This document shows, piece after piece, positions 1-9,680 of a DNA stretch of 32,000 nt. The DNA comes from Acaryochloris marina MBIC11017 (GTDB taxonomy: Bacteria; Cyanobacteriota; Cyanobacteriia; Thermosynechococcales; Thermosynechococcaceae): contig NC_009930.1 in the NCBI RefSeq assembly GCF_000018105.1, positions 1 through 32,000 of the forward strand. Reading direction: 5' to 3'. Under the pieces are notes generated by a model that was given only the letters and a program-made list of their open reading frames with translations, was not told where the DNA came from and ran no database searches. Position 1 is the stretch's first letter, and each line of letters starts with the position of its first letter. Both the position numbers and the translations under genes were made by a program.

Positions 1-843
1 GTACAGTTGCTTCGTGACCTGGGGGTATTTGATTTAGTGGATACCTACAACGTCACCAGCGCTGATTATGAAGCCTACGATAAAGCGTTGGAGAAGGGAC
101 GCCAAGTGCAACGACAACGGCAGTCTTTGAGATTGGAGGCCAAGGGTCTATCTGGGCAGATCAGGGAAATCATTCAGGAGCAGAAGGTCATTCAAGCTAA
201 GTTGACGGCTTTGGGCAGAAAGGCCCACCCCAGGAAGGCAGCGCTGAAGGGGGAGCTGGAGCAGTTAGAGCAGCAGAAACAGGCCCTCAAGGACCAGAAG
301 CTGGGATTGGTGGAGCGAATTGAGCAGCAGTCTCAGGCGTTTACCCAGGCCCGATATGAGCAGGTTGAGGCCCGGATGCGGATGGAAATCATGGTAATGA
401 CGGAGGGGGATCAGCGGTTGGAAGACATCAAAGTGAAGGCGTTGGAATATCGCTATCAGATCTACCGCCATTTCCGTAATGTCATCAGTGAGGGTCAGAG
501 TGCTGTTGCAATTGTCAATAAGCTCATTAAAAGGGTGGCCCATGAGTTGGTGAAGGTGGGCAGTGAGGAATCCGTGAGTCTGTATGTGATTCGCTATTCG
601 GGCAATGAAGCTTACAAAGACCAGATGCTGAAGGCATTTCAGGCGAAATGGAATCAGAGATTGGAGAAAAATAGACCAAGTTGTGAAATCTGTAAGAAAG
701 ACGGTGATCTAATTACAGAAATGGAAAAGCGATCTGAAATAGATGGATTTGGTCATGGATCTGATCAGGAAATCGGGCCTTTGGAAGGGGGTGATGATGG
801 GATCGAGGGGGGATCTGAGGTGAATTTGGGGGGTGATGGATAA
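1..843 (+). CDS. hypothetical coiled-coil protein, 5' end outside window
   Basis: ORF track 7..843. Codons at 1-6 are in frame with no stop, so the start is upstream. Q/E/K/L-rich heptad-like sequence (LEQLEQQKQALKDQKLGLVERIEQQ) with an acidic Gly-rich tail. No family recognised. Confidence 0.5.
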   Translation, partial: VQLLRDLGVFDLVDTYNVTSADYEAYDKALEKGRQVQRQRQSLRLEAKGLSGQIREIIQEQKVIQAKLTALGRKAHPRKAALKGELEQLEQQKQALKDQKLGLVERIEQQSQAFTQARYEQVEARMRMEIMVMTEGDQRLEDIKVKALEYRYQIYRHFRNVISEGQSAVAIVNKLIKRVAHELVKVGSEESVSLYVIRYSGNEAYKDQMLKAFQAKWNQRLEKNRPSCEICKKDGDLITEMEKRSEIDGFGHGSDQEIGPLEGGDDGIEGGSEVNLGGDG

Positions 844-1188
844 ATAACGGCTCTTCACTAGTACCTGTCATTCTCAAGAAAATGGTCATTCTGTTAAACA
901 TGTGTTTGCAACAAAATATGAAGCGTTGCATAAATGTCGTGAAGGCTACAGATATCAAAAAAAGTTGGAAATCATTCTATGAAATTGTAAGTTTTTTAGG
1001 ATGAGCTCACAAATGAGAATACGTGCATATTAGAAGTCTTTTATATTCAACACTTATAAAAGCATTTTTTCACAAGATATTCTTACTTAGTAAGCATTAG
1101 TCTGAACAGTTTTCTCGGTTTTTTGTGCTTTATCTTAGGGCTTTTAGGTCAACTCAGTTAGTTAACAATATCTCTAAGGAGAAAGACA

Positions 1189-3489
1189 ATGAGATATGCT
1201 AGATATTTTGTTCTAGTGGGTCTTGCACTAATCGCTCTATTTTTCTATGTCAAAGCTACTTCTAGGAATAAAGGTTGGCCTTGGGATAAGAAAACTGATG
1301 TCACACGCAATGAAAGATGCATCTCAAAACTATGGTTTTATATAGTTTCTTTAAGAGTTCCAATTATCTCAATATTGGTAATCTTATCTCTTCCAATAAT
1401 CTCGGCTACAGTAGCAAAAAGATTCTTGGGAAACCTCTATTCTCTAGAATATAGTTGGCAGATTTCAGTGGTAATTTTCGCATCAGGAATGATGTCATTA
1501 ATTGCTATAACTACACTTGAAACTATCGCTGAAAATATTGAACTAAGATTAGAGTTGCCTTTAGGAGAGCGACATAACTTTTTCACTAAAGGTAGATTTT
1601 CGAGGGGGGCATTTACATTAATTCTTGCTTCACCAACTGTTGCAATACTATTCTATAAATCATTAGATATAGGAGTATATCAAGTAGTAACAGGAATAAT
1701 TTTCGGTGGGCTGGCCTCGATAGTATTCTTGTATTCAATACATTCTTTTCATAACTGGGCAAAGACAAGACATAGAAAGCTCTTTGAAGGCTTTTTTAAA
1801 TTTATACTTACAGGCAATATAAATTCTTGCAACAATCATAAGTCATTAAATGGATATTTTCATTCAAATAGTCCTGCATCAAGAACTATTTTGAATGAGC
1901 ATATTTGGAATCTTTTACTGTTTGTAAGTGGGTTATTTTTCTATTCAATTACAGCTTTTATATTCTATCCAGGAAATAATATTCTTGGCCTAGATGATCC
2001 ACCAGCGCTCTGGTTTGCATATTTAATTATTTGGATGCTCACGGGGATATTAGGTGGAATTACTTTTTTAGCCGACCGATTTAGAATTCCGGTTCTTCTT
2101 GCATTATTTATATTTACTGGTCTGTCTTATTTAGCTTTTGATGTTGATCATTTTTATTCGCTTGAACCAATAACTAAGAACTCAGTTATGTATACAGCTG
2201 ATAATAGTAGACAGACTGATGATTTTATCTCAATCATAAATAATAAATTTAGCAAGTCATCATTAGATAAGGAGAAACGTACGCTGGTTATTGTCGGAGC
2301 TAGTGGCGGTGGAATACAAGCATCTGGTTGGACTGTTGAAGCTCTTGAAGGACTAAATCAAGATTTAGGCAAGGAGTTTACAAACTCTATCGGATTAATT
2401 AGTTCTACCTCTGGGGGCTCAGTAGGTACTATGTACTTTCTTGATGGCTTGAAGGATGGAAGCTTACCAGAAACTAGTTCATCCAATTTGATTTTTGAAA
2501 AAGCAACTAGCAATTCATTAGATGCGATAGGCTGGGGATTATCTTATCCTGATTTTCTTCGGATAATCTCATTACCTCCCTTAGCAGGGGATGATCTAAA
2601 AGATCGTGGATATGCTGTTGAAGATGATTGGAAAAATCTGATGCAGAATCCTGATACAAAATTATCTGACTGGAAAAGAAGTATTGATAAAGGAGAAATT
2701 CCTATTCCAGTTTTTAATGCAACTCTCATAGAAGATGGACGTAGATTTTTAATATCGCCTGTCTCTCTAATTGATGGAAATCTTCAGGATTTAGTTTGTA
2801 ATCAGAATTCTAATCAATTAGATCGTAAAGCATTAGATTTCAGAACTCTCTTTCCAAATAAAGATTTATTTGTTACTACAGCAGCTAGACTATCAGCAAC
2901 TTTTCCATATGTTTCACCTATCCCAAGGAATCAAGAAGCTCAACATTTAGAGTGTCCTGGTTCATCAACGGAGTCTCATGATTTTGTTTATCATGTTGCT
3001 GATGGTGGTTTCTTCGATAATTCTGGATTATTTACTGCAATTGAATGGGTAGATAATCTCCTTAAAAACCCTGTTAGTGAATTAGAGGTGGAAAGAATAT
3101 TATTACTTGAAATAACAGCTTTCCCTGGAGAAAAACTAAAAGGACAAAAAGGTAACTCTGGTTGGTTAAATGAATGGGTTGGCCCACTGTTAACTTTAAA
3201 TAGTGTTAGAGATTCTACACAAAAGGCGAGAGATCAAAAAGAAATTGAAGGTTTTGCAGATCTTTGGAGAAGTAAAGGAATTAAAGTTGAGCATTTTTCA
3301 ATTCCATATAATTCCAATAATCAGCCTTTGTCTTGGAAATTATCACTCAATGAGAAAGATAATATAAGAGATGAATGGAACAGCTATAAGCGCTCAAGTG
3401 AGTATCGATGTCTAAATAAGTATTGGACTGAAACTGATAAGTGGGATTCTAAAGAAAATTGCTTAGCTAATGAAGAGAAATTAACTTAG
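1189..3489 (+). CDS. polytopic-membrane patatin-like phospholipase
   Basis: 766-aa ORF with AAGGAG about 7 nt upstream of the ATG. About 330 aa of hydrophobic helices are followed by patatin hallmarks: GASGGGIQA (about 2296-2322), nucleophile elbow GGSVG (2413-2427) and Asp motif DGGFFDNSG (3001-3027). Confidence 0.85.
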   Translation: MRYARYFVLVGLALIALFFYVKATSRNKGWPWDKKTDVTRNERCISKLWFYIVSLRVPIISILVILSLPIISATVAKRFLGNLYSLEYSWQISVVIFASGMMSLIAITTLETIAENIELRLELPLGERHNFFTKGRFSRGAFTLILASPTVAILFYKSLDIGVYQVVTGIIFGGLASIVFLYSIHSFHNWAKTRHRKLFEGFFKFILTGNINSCNNHKSLNGYFHSNSPASRTILNEHIWNLLLFVSGLFFYSITAFIFYPGNNILGLDDPPALWFAYLIIWMLTGILGGITFLADRFRIPVLLALFIFTGLSYLAFDVDHFYSLEPITKNSVMYTADNSRQTDDFISIINNKFSKSSLDKEKRTLVIVGASGGGIQASGWTVEALEGLNQDLGKEFTNSIGLISSTSGGSVGTMYFLDGLKDGSLPETSSSNLIFEKATSNSLDAIGWGLSYPDFLRIISLPPLAGDDLKDRGYAVEDDWKNLMQNPDTKLSDWKRSIDKGEIPIPVFNATLIEDGRRFLISPVSLIDGNLQDLVCNQNSNQLDRKALDFRTLFPNKDLFVTTAARLSATFPYVSPIPRNQEAQHLECPGSSTESHDFVYHVADGGFFDNSGLFTAIEWVDNLLKNPVSELEVERILLLEITAFPGEKLKGQKGNSGWLNEWVGPLLTLNSVRDSTQKARDQKEIEGFADLWRSKGIKVEHFSIPYNSNNQPLSWKLSLNEKDNIRDEWNSYKRSSEYRCLNKYWTETDKWDSKENCLANEEKLT

Positions 3490-3756
3490 TAAAATAACAT
3501 TAGATCCTAATGAAAACGACTTTGTGAATATTGATTAGGGCATTAAAAAATGTCAAATTAAACTTTTCCAACAAAACCCCCAGTGCAGATCTCAAAAACT
3601 ACTCTGCACCTGCAGTAGCAAAGTATATCTGTATGCTTCCCCAACTCGTCTCTTAATTCCAAACCTACGCAAAAACACCCAGTAGGCCCAGAAGTAGCTG
3701 CTACTTACCTTGATTAGACATCGTTTCCAACTATTGTAAGGAAAGATGAGCCACTA

Positions 3757-4242
3757 GTGAAGCGTAAGTCAGCTTCAGAGGGAGGGGACGACAACTACAC
3801 TGAACCCACCCCTGGATACAACCGCAGAGAACCCACCGATACTCGGAGAACTCAGCGAGGATATTCAGCTCGGCAAACACCAGGAAGAGTCCGACCCCCC
3901 AGAGTTTTTGAGTCCAAATTTCACGCCCTTGAGCGCAGTCAAAAGAATTTGGTACAGCAGACTAAATTAGAGGGTCAGCTTGAATATCTAACGGTTTCCC
4001 AAAGCGGTTCAGGGCAGTACTGGATAGCAGTGGAGGGAATCGGAAAGCCATTCATCAGATTTCCCTGTGAAACTCCAGAGTTCTGCTTTGTGGCCGCATT
4101 AGAACTAGAGGAAACGTTCGATATCTTGCAAGTGATTGAATTGCGTCCTGGTGAGACCATTGAGCGGATTGAAGAGATGGTTGACGTGTATCTGGGGTAT
4201 GAGCGGGTGGCAAAGTGTTTGTTTTATTCAGTACCTGTTTGA
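3757..4242 (+). CDS. hypothetical protein (GTG start, uncertain)
   Basis: 161-aa ORF in a GC-richer insert between two AT-rich genes. AAGGAAAG lies about 10 nt upstream of the GTG. Basic low-complexity N-terminus. No family recognised. Confidence 0.4.
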   Translation: MKRKSASEGGDDNYTEPTPGYNRREPTDTRRTQRGYSARQTPGRVRPPRVFESKFHALERSQKNLVQQTKLEGQLEYLTVSQSGSGQYWIAVEGIGKPFIRFPCETPEFCFVAALELEETFDILQVIELRPGETIERIEEMVDVYLGYERVAKCLFYSVPV

Positions 4243-4908
4243 GAATTGTTTGAAACCCCTTATTAAATCTGGCTTTCAGCGATTTTGAGTATTTTGGCTA
4301 TAATCTATGTCAGATAAGGCTTCTGGAGAACTCTTCAAGCAGGTTCTTAGGGGGGGTACACGAGTGCTTTTCTTTGTAGTCTTAAGAGGTATGAAGTTTT
4401 AAAATAAAATCTTTGTTATCAATCCATATTAAAACAGCTTTCTTCCAAGACAACTTAATGCATTTATAAAAAATTTCTTTTTAGACTGCTTTCTTAAAAT
4501 GAACACATGAAACTATAGTAATATACGATATTTATGCTTAATTCGACTTTAACGCACTTTAGTTTTTAAACTTAACTAATTATAAGTCATTTTTTAATGG
4601 TGATGAATATGGTAATCTAATATTATTCGTAAGATTTAAATAACCTGAAAGCCTTCTCAGTGCTTACTAAGATTAAACTGCATTATCGTAACTTATTTTT
4701 GATGCTATAGATTGTTAGATATTGCTTTATTGGCATTGCTTTAAGGCTAACATTACGTTAGCAATTTTAGGTAGATTTGGTGTAAAAAGATCAACTAAGT
4801 TTCATTTTATGAATTAATCTAGAAATCTTTTCCTGTATAGGGTTTGATCGAATTTACATTTCAAACTCTACAAAAGTTTTTCAAGCCTTATCTACTTAGT
4901 GTAATATT

Positions 4909-7311
4909 ATGACTCGCAAGCCAAATTCTTCTGACGATCGCCCTTCTAACAACTCTATCAGAGAAATCCTTGCTTTTCTTCTTGATGCACTAAGAATTTT
5001 GCGTGGTAATCTGACAGCAAAAGTCATATTTCTTTTGATCAGTAGTGGGGTTGCCCTACTCACAACTCAATGGTGGGTGCCATTTATTCAGACTTTGATT
5101 TGTGACGTTTGGGAACAAGACTGTAATCGAATTGATGCTAGTGATCGGTTAGTATTCTGGAGTGGTTGTGTTTTGACCACAATCGGTATTCTATTGCTTT
5201 TATATTATTACCCACGGCAAAGTTATAAGCTAAGAGAAGATCATATTAGGCTTTATGAAACAACTGAGCGGACAAAATCAGAGAAGATATTAATCAATGC
5301 CGTTGAAGCAGAAGTTACTAGCCGTCTTAATCAGTCTTTGCATAATCAAGTACTAATTAATTTAGGTAAGACAGAAAAATTTACGCAGGTAAAACGACCC
5401 TGGGATTATCTAATTAAAGTAAGGACAAGAGTTGAAGAGATACTTCCATCAGATGTAACTATCCAGCAAGTATTCGATCGTTCTGACATTCAAGGTCGTC
5501 TTCTTGTATTGGGACAACCTGGCTCTGGCAAAACAACGGTAATGCTTGATTTAGCCAAAGATTTATTAGAAAGAGTTAAGGATCCTAAAGAGTGTATTCC
5601 TGTATTACTTAATCTCTCCTCCTGGGCTAGCAAACGACAATCAATTCCAGAGTGGATTGTTGAAGAACTCAAGAGTAAATATGGTGTTCCAGCTAGCATT
5701 GGCAAAAAATGGTTGGCTGAGCAAAAACTATTAGTACTTTTTGATGGTCTTGATGAAGTGAGAAGTGATCGCCAGCATGCATGTGTGGAAGCATTGAACC
5801 AATGGATTTCTGGTGATGATAGCAATAGAATTCCAAAGCAATTTGTGGTGTGCAGTCGCATTGAAGAGTATGAGCAACTAGAAGCTAAACTTCAAATGAA
5901 TGGTGCAATTTGCCTGAGTGAACTCTCAAACCAACAAATTGAAGACTATTTAGTGTCTATCAAGCAACAACATCTATATTCTTTTTTTAGTCAAAATCCG
6001 GCTATTCTAAATTTAGTGCATACCCCATTATTCTTGAGTATGATCATCAGTGCTGAGCAGTCAGCACCAGGGGAGTTACAAGCTTTAACTGGGAAGGATA
6101 AAATACAAACGCGTGTACTTGATATCTATGTTAGCCAGATGTTGGGGAGGGCTAAAAATTATACACGTAAGCAAATGCGTACTTGGTTAGTTCAGATTGC
6201 TAGTCAACTAGAAAGAGATCAGCAAACTGAGTTTTTGGTCGAGCGGATACAGCCAAGATGGCTGCAGAATGAAAAATTAAAGTCTTCATATCAATTGAGG
6301 GTGAGTTTGCTTTTTGGGATATTCTACAGCTTGTTTAGTGGAGTGTTTCGTAGTTTGATCCGTGCTGCCATCAAGAGTTCATCCAGTCTGCCTACACTTT
6401 TCATAGATGTACTACTAGAAGGGCTAATTATTGGGTTAATCTACAGACGAATAAAAGGGCCAAAGTCTGGATTGATAGAAGGAATGATTACTGGCTTGAT
6501 AGTTCAACTTACGATTAAATCAACTGGAATTTTTATATTAACTGGATCACTACCTGAAGCCCTGTTTTTTGGACTTCGGGATGGATTGTTTGATGGACTA
6601 GTCATAGGCGTTATGCTTGGATTGGGTAAAGATTTGATTAATGGATCAAACCTTATTACTCCAGTTGAAGGTATCTCCTGGTCATGGGAAAAAGTTAGAC
6701 GTGGTTTGTTTTATGGCTCCATTGTTGGTCTTATCTTTGGAGTCATTAGTGGTTTAGTTGATGCAATAGTTGTTGGGCTGAGTGTTGGAATAAGTAGCGG
6801 ATTGATTAGTGGTTTGAGTGCGTATGAAGTGGAACAAAAAGTTTCTATCAACCAAGGAATTTGGAAGTCTTTACACTCTGGCTTAATGCAGTTCATGATT
6901 ATTGGACTAGGTGGTGCTCTGATGGTTGTTCTGCTTGGTATATTCAATCTTGAACAACAGCCAATTACCTTTTTAAGTGACTGGGTTAACTGGTTATGGT
7001 GGGGGCTGGACTATGTACTGCTGAGAAATATAGAAGTCCGCAGAGGTACCGGGTTGATTGGTGGTTTGTATACCTGGATTAGATTAGGACTACTTGGTGG
7101 ATTAGCTGGTGGGTTAGGTGTTTGTCTTAAACACTTGAGTTTGAGACAAATACTCTTCACAAATGGGCTAGCTCCCTGGAACTATGCCAGATTTCTCAAT
7201 GAATGCTCAGACTGTCTTTTATTACAGCGTATCGGTGGTCGATTTCTGTTTATTCATAAATCCGTCCAAGAACATTTCTCTGCAATGTCTTTTGAGAATT
7301 CACAAACTTAG
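4909..7311 (+). CDS. NACHT-family STAND NTPase with N-terminal TM helices and a C-terminal glycine-zipper membrane region
   Basis: 800-aa ORF. Walker A GQPGSGKTT (5512-5538), Walker B LLVLFDGLDEV (5728-5760), VVCSR sensor-1-like motif, TPLFLSMI motif, and terminal FLFIHKSVQEHFSA (7243-7284). Hydrophobic helices at aa about 35-100 and a GxxxG-rich hydrophobic region at aa about 465-760. Confidence 0.9.
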   Translation: MTRKPNSSDDRPSNNSIREILAFLLDALRILRGNLTAKVIFLLISSGVALLTTQWWVPFIQTLICDVWEQDCNRIDASDRLVFWSGCVLTTIGILLLLYYYPRQSYKLREDHIRLYETTERTKSEKILINAVEAEVTSRLNQSLHNQVLINLGKTEKFTQVKRPWDYLIKVRTRVEEILPSDVTIQQVFDRSDIQGRLLVLGQPGSGKTTVMLDLAKDLLERVKDPKECIPVLLNLSSWASKRQSIPEWIVEELKSKYGVPASIGKKWLAEQKLLVLFDGLDEVRSDRQHACVEALNQWISGDDSNRIPKQFVVCSRIEEYEQLEAKLQMNGAICLSELSNQQIEDYLVSIKQQHLYSFFSQNPAILNLVHTPLFLSMIISAEQSAPGELQALTGKDKIQTRVLDIYVSQMLGRAKNYTRKQMRTWLVQIASQLERDQQTEFLVERIQPRWLQNEKLKSSYQLRVSLLFGIFYSLFSGVFRSLIRAAIKSSSSLPTLFIDVLLEGLIIGLIYRRIKGPKSGLIEGMITGLIVQLTIKSTGIFILTGSLPEALFFGLRDGLFDGLVIGVMLGLGKDLINGSNLITPVEGISWSWEKVRRGLFYGSIVGLIFGVISGLVDAIVVGLSVGISSGLISGLSAYEVEQKVSINQGIWKSLHSGLMQFMIIGLGGALMVVLLGIFNLEQQPITFLSDWVNWLWWGLDYVLLRNIEVRRGTGLIGGLYTWIRLGLLGGLAGGLGVCLKHLSLRQILFTNGLAPWNYARFLNECSDCLLLQRIGGRFLFIHKSVQEHFSAMSFENSQT

Positions 7312-7346
7312 CTAAAGAAAAAATAGGCTGATAGAAACTCATATTA

Positions 7347-9210
7347 GGGGTAATTGAAGGGTTGACACTGTTGGCGAATTCCAAGAAGTCACGCTGGTAA
7401 TGGCTGAAGTATCCTCTTGAAAAGAGATACACGGGTTTTTGCTAGTGGAACATCATTAAACCAAGCGTCTAAGCGGACAAAATTGAGAGCAATGGCACAG
7501 AAAACATTCTGTAGATGGCTCTTCGCTAACCCGATATACCTTGACTGGCGCATGCCAAATCGCCGTATTCCCTGTGAATGGGTACTCTCAACACCAGCCC
7601 GCAGGCTATATTTTTCCTTGAACTCAGTCGTTCGTTGCACCTGACGCCGTTCGTTAAGGGCCTGATGCAATTCACGGGGACGAAAGGTTAGCTCTCTAGG
7701 CTGGGTCTTTGATTTCGTACATTGAGATCGTACGGGACAACTTCGACAAGTTGTCCCTAGGAACCGTGCTCGAATGACATCCTTTCCATGAATATCCTGT
7801 CCAGGCAACCACTTTGTACTGGAGTGACCTTGAGGACAGACAACCTTCTGTTGGTCCCAGTTAATTTGGAAGACGCTGGCATCAAACCCATTCCCTGCCT
7901 TTGCCTGCCAGCTGTGGTTTTGACGCACGGGGCCAACAAGGTCCATGTCATATTCTGCTTCACTATTCACTAAATGCTCAGCAGAAAGATAGCCTCCATC
8001 TAGCAAATGCTCTTTAGGCAACAATCGTTTCTCCGCTAAGGCAAGGTGAATGGGTTCAACAACTTGATCATCTGGGACGGTTGCACGGGTAGTATGCACA
8101 TGAGTAATGAGGCGGGGATTATCGTGATCACACACTTCAGTGAAATGAACTTTATAGCCCACCCAATCCATACTTCTTTTATTGCTGTAGCGGGCTTCTA
8201 TGTCGTAAGGAGAATGAATGGATACATCCGAAGGGGGCATATCCTTCACTTTTCGCCATTCGACTGTGCCGTCTGCATTGGGCGGGTAGAATCGCTGGAG
8301 CCAGACTTGCCGCAAAGTTTCTACAGCTGGTAGATGCTTTAACCAGGGTGGTGAGCTTGGGTGGTATATCGCATCAAGCAGTGCCAAACCATCTTGACCG
8401 ATAGTACTGCCCAGGGCTTTGCGTTCGCTATCGGGTTTAGGCAAGCGATAATTCTCTATTCGTCGACCATAGCGATCAAACCAGTCTTCTTGCATGTGTT
8501 CGCTTAACCACTGTGGATCTGCAACGACTAAACTGTTGAGAGCAGCCCGAAAGGTTTCACCAAATAACTCCAACCGATTGAGGGTTCGGATCGCCGCTAA
8601 GATATGAGTCGCATCCGTTCGTTGTTGATGGTGTTCTTTGAGAAACCCTTTGGATTGAAGGTGCTCAAGAAAGATATCAAATAGCCGTTGTTCCTTGCCT
8701 CCCTCGATTAGACGCTTGCGGAATTCACTCAAAATAGAATAATTAAATCCAGAGTCTTTCAGCGGTAGGCTCAGGGCATACTTCCAATCTATCCGGGCTC
8801 GAACGGCATCAGCCGCTTGACGGTCTGAAAGATTCTCAAGAAATTGCATGATGCAAACTAACACAAGCTGCCAGGGGGATAAAGCTGGCTGTCCTTTCTT
8901 TGGAAACAGATCAGCAAAATCGTGATCGTGATAGATAATGCCAAGTTCATCACGTAGTTGCATATACAGGTTGCCATTAGGAAAGGCAGCCCTAGCTACT
9001 TCAAGGGTTTCACTAGGGATGTCCAACAAGTCTGTCGGGCGCATAGATATAACAATGAGCCTCCAGAGTGAGCGTGATTGATTTTAAGTTTTAGCAGTAA
9101 CATACCTCAATCCACGAAAGGCTCGCTGCATCAATGGTTAGAAACTTTTTACAGCCGTCTTAGATCATTGCGGAATATTTCGCCAACAGTGTCGACCCTT
9201 CAATTACCCC
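7347..9210 (-). mobile_element. IS1182-family insertion sequence, apparently complete
   Basis: 32-bp terminal inverted repeats GGGGTAATTGAAGGGTTGACACTGTTGGCGAA at 7347-7378 and its reverse complement at 9179-9210 (1 mismatch). They enclose a single 551-aa transposase ORF. Confidence 0.85.
7389..9044 (-). CDS. IS1182-family DDE transposase
   Basis: N-terminal LSPWQLVLVCIMQFLENLSDRQAADAVRARIDWKYALSL and C-terminal GMRQSRYIGLAKSHLQNVFCAIALNFVRL are typical of this transposase family as I recall it. Confidence 0.88.
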   Translation of the reverse strand: MRPTDLLDIPSETLEVARAAFPNGNLYMQLRDELGIIYHDHDFADLFPKKGQPALSPWQLVLVCIMQFLENLSDRQAADAVRARIDWKYALSLPLKDSGFNYSILSEFRKRLIEGGKEQRLFDIFLEHLQSKGFLKEHHQQRTDATHILAAIRTLNRLELFGETFRAALNSLVVADPQWLSEHMQEDWFDRYGRRIENYRLPKPDSERKALGSTIGQDGLALLDAIYHPSSPPWLKHLPAVETLRQVWLQRFYPPNADGTVEWRKVKDMPPSDVSIHSPYDIEARYSNKRSMDWVGYKVHFTEVCDHDNPRLITHVHTTRATVPDDQVVEPIHLALAEKRLLPKEHLLDGGYLSAEHLVNSEAEYDMDLVGPVRQNHSWQAKAGNGFDASVFQINWDQQKVVCPQGHSSTKWLPGQDIHGKDVIRARFLGTTCRSCPVRSQCTKSKTQPRELTFRPRELHQALNERRQVQRTTEFKEKYSLRAGVESTHSQGIRRFGMRQSRYIGLAKSHLQNVFCAIALNFVRLDAWFNDVPLAKTRVSLFKRILQPLPA

Positions 9211-9671
9211 AAGTTAAGCTTTCCCCTGAAACTCCCTAGAGCATATCCCCAGACGCTACACTGACTTTGCCTTAGTAGAGAAGATCTGCTTTATAAATTA
9301 TGCTTCAAGAGAAGGATACTTCCCGTCTTGAATATACAGCGGAAGACTTAATCTCCCATAAATTGCAGCAGTCTAGAATACTGGTAGCCAAGCCTAAATT
9401 TGACCGTGAAGGAACAGATTTACTCGCTTTTTTGGAGATGGGTGATGGTGTTAAATTTTGCCGAATTCAATGTAAAGGGCGTTCGCTTGCAAATTCCGAA
9501 TCCTCCCAAGTGAATCTCCCAAAGTCCTATATCACAGAAGGATTTGTCTTATTTCTCTATGTTGAAGAATCGGCCAATGTCTCTGGTCTGTACTGTTTCT
9601 TTCAGACCGATTTTCAGAATTTGCAGTATTGGCATGAGAATATAAAAGGCGAGTATTCTCTAAATATTTCG

Positions 9672-9680
9672 AGGAGTAAC
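9672..9680. repeat. target-site duplication AGGAGTAAC (left copy)
   Basis: An identical 9-mer directly abuts both IS ends. Confidence 0.9.

Noticed and set aside
1189-3489. Interpreting the patatin genes as CBASS CapV-type effectors.
   Set aside because: No CD-NTase/cyclase, E1/E2/JAB or other cyclic-nucleotide signalling gene is present anywhere in the window. CapV proteins also lack such large TM domains.
4313-4892. 10-bp inverted match GATAAGGCTT / AAGCCTTATC spanning the AT-rich leader upstream of the NACHT gene.
   Set aside because: It is short, the two halves are 560 bp apart, and no extended pairing surrounds them. Likely coincidental.
7340-9220. Target-site duplication for the IS1182-type element.
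   Set aside because: The flanks (..CATATTA | element | AAGTTAAGC..) share no adjacent direct repeat that I can see. None is claimed.
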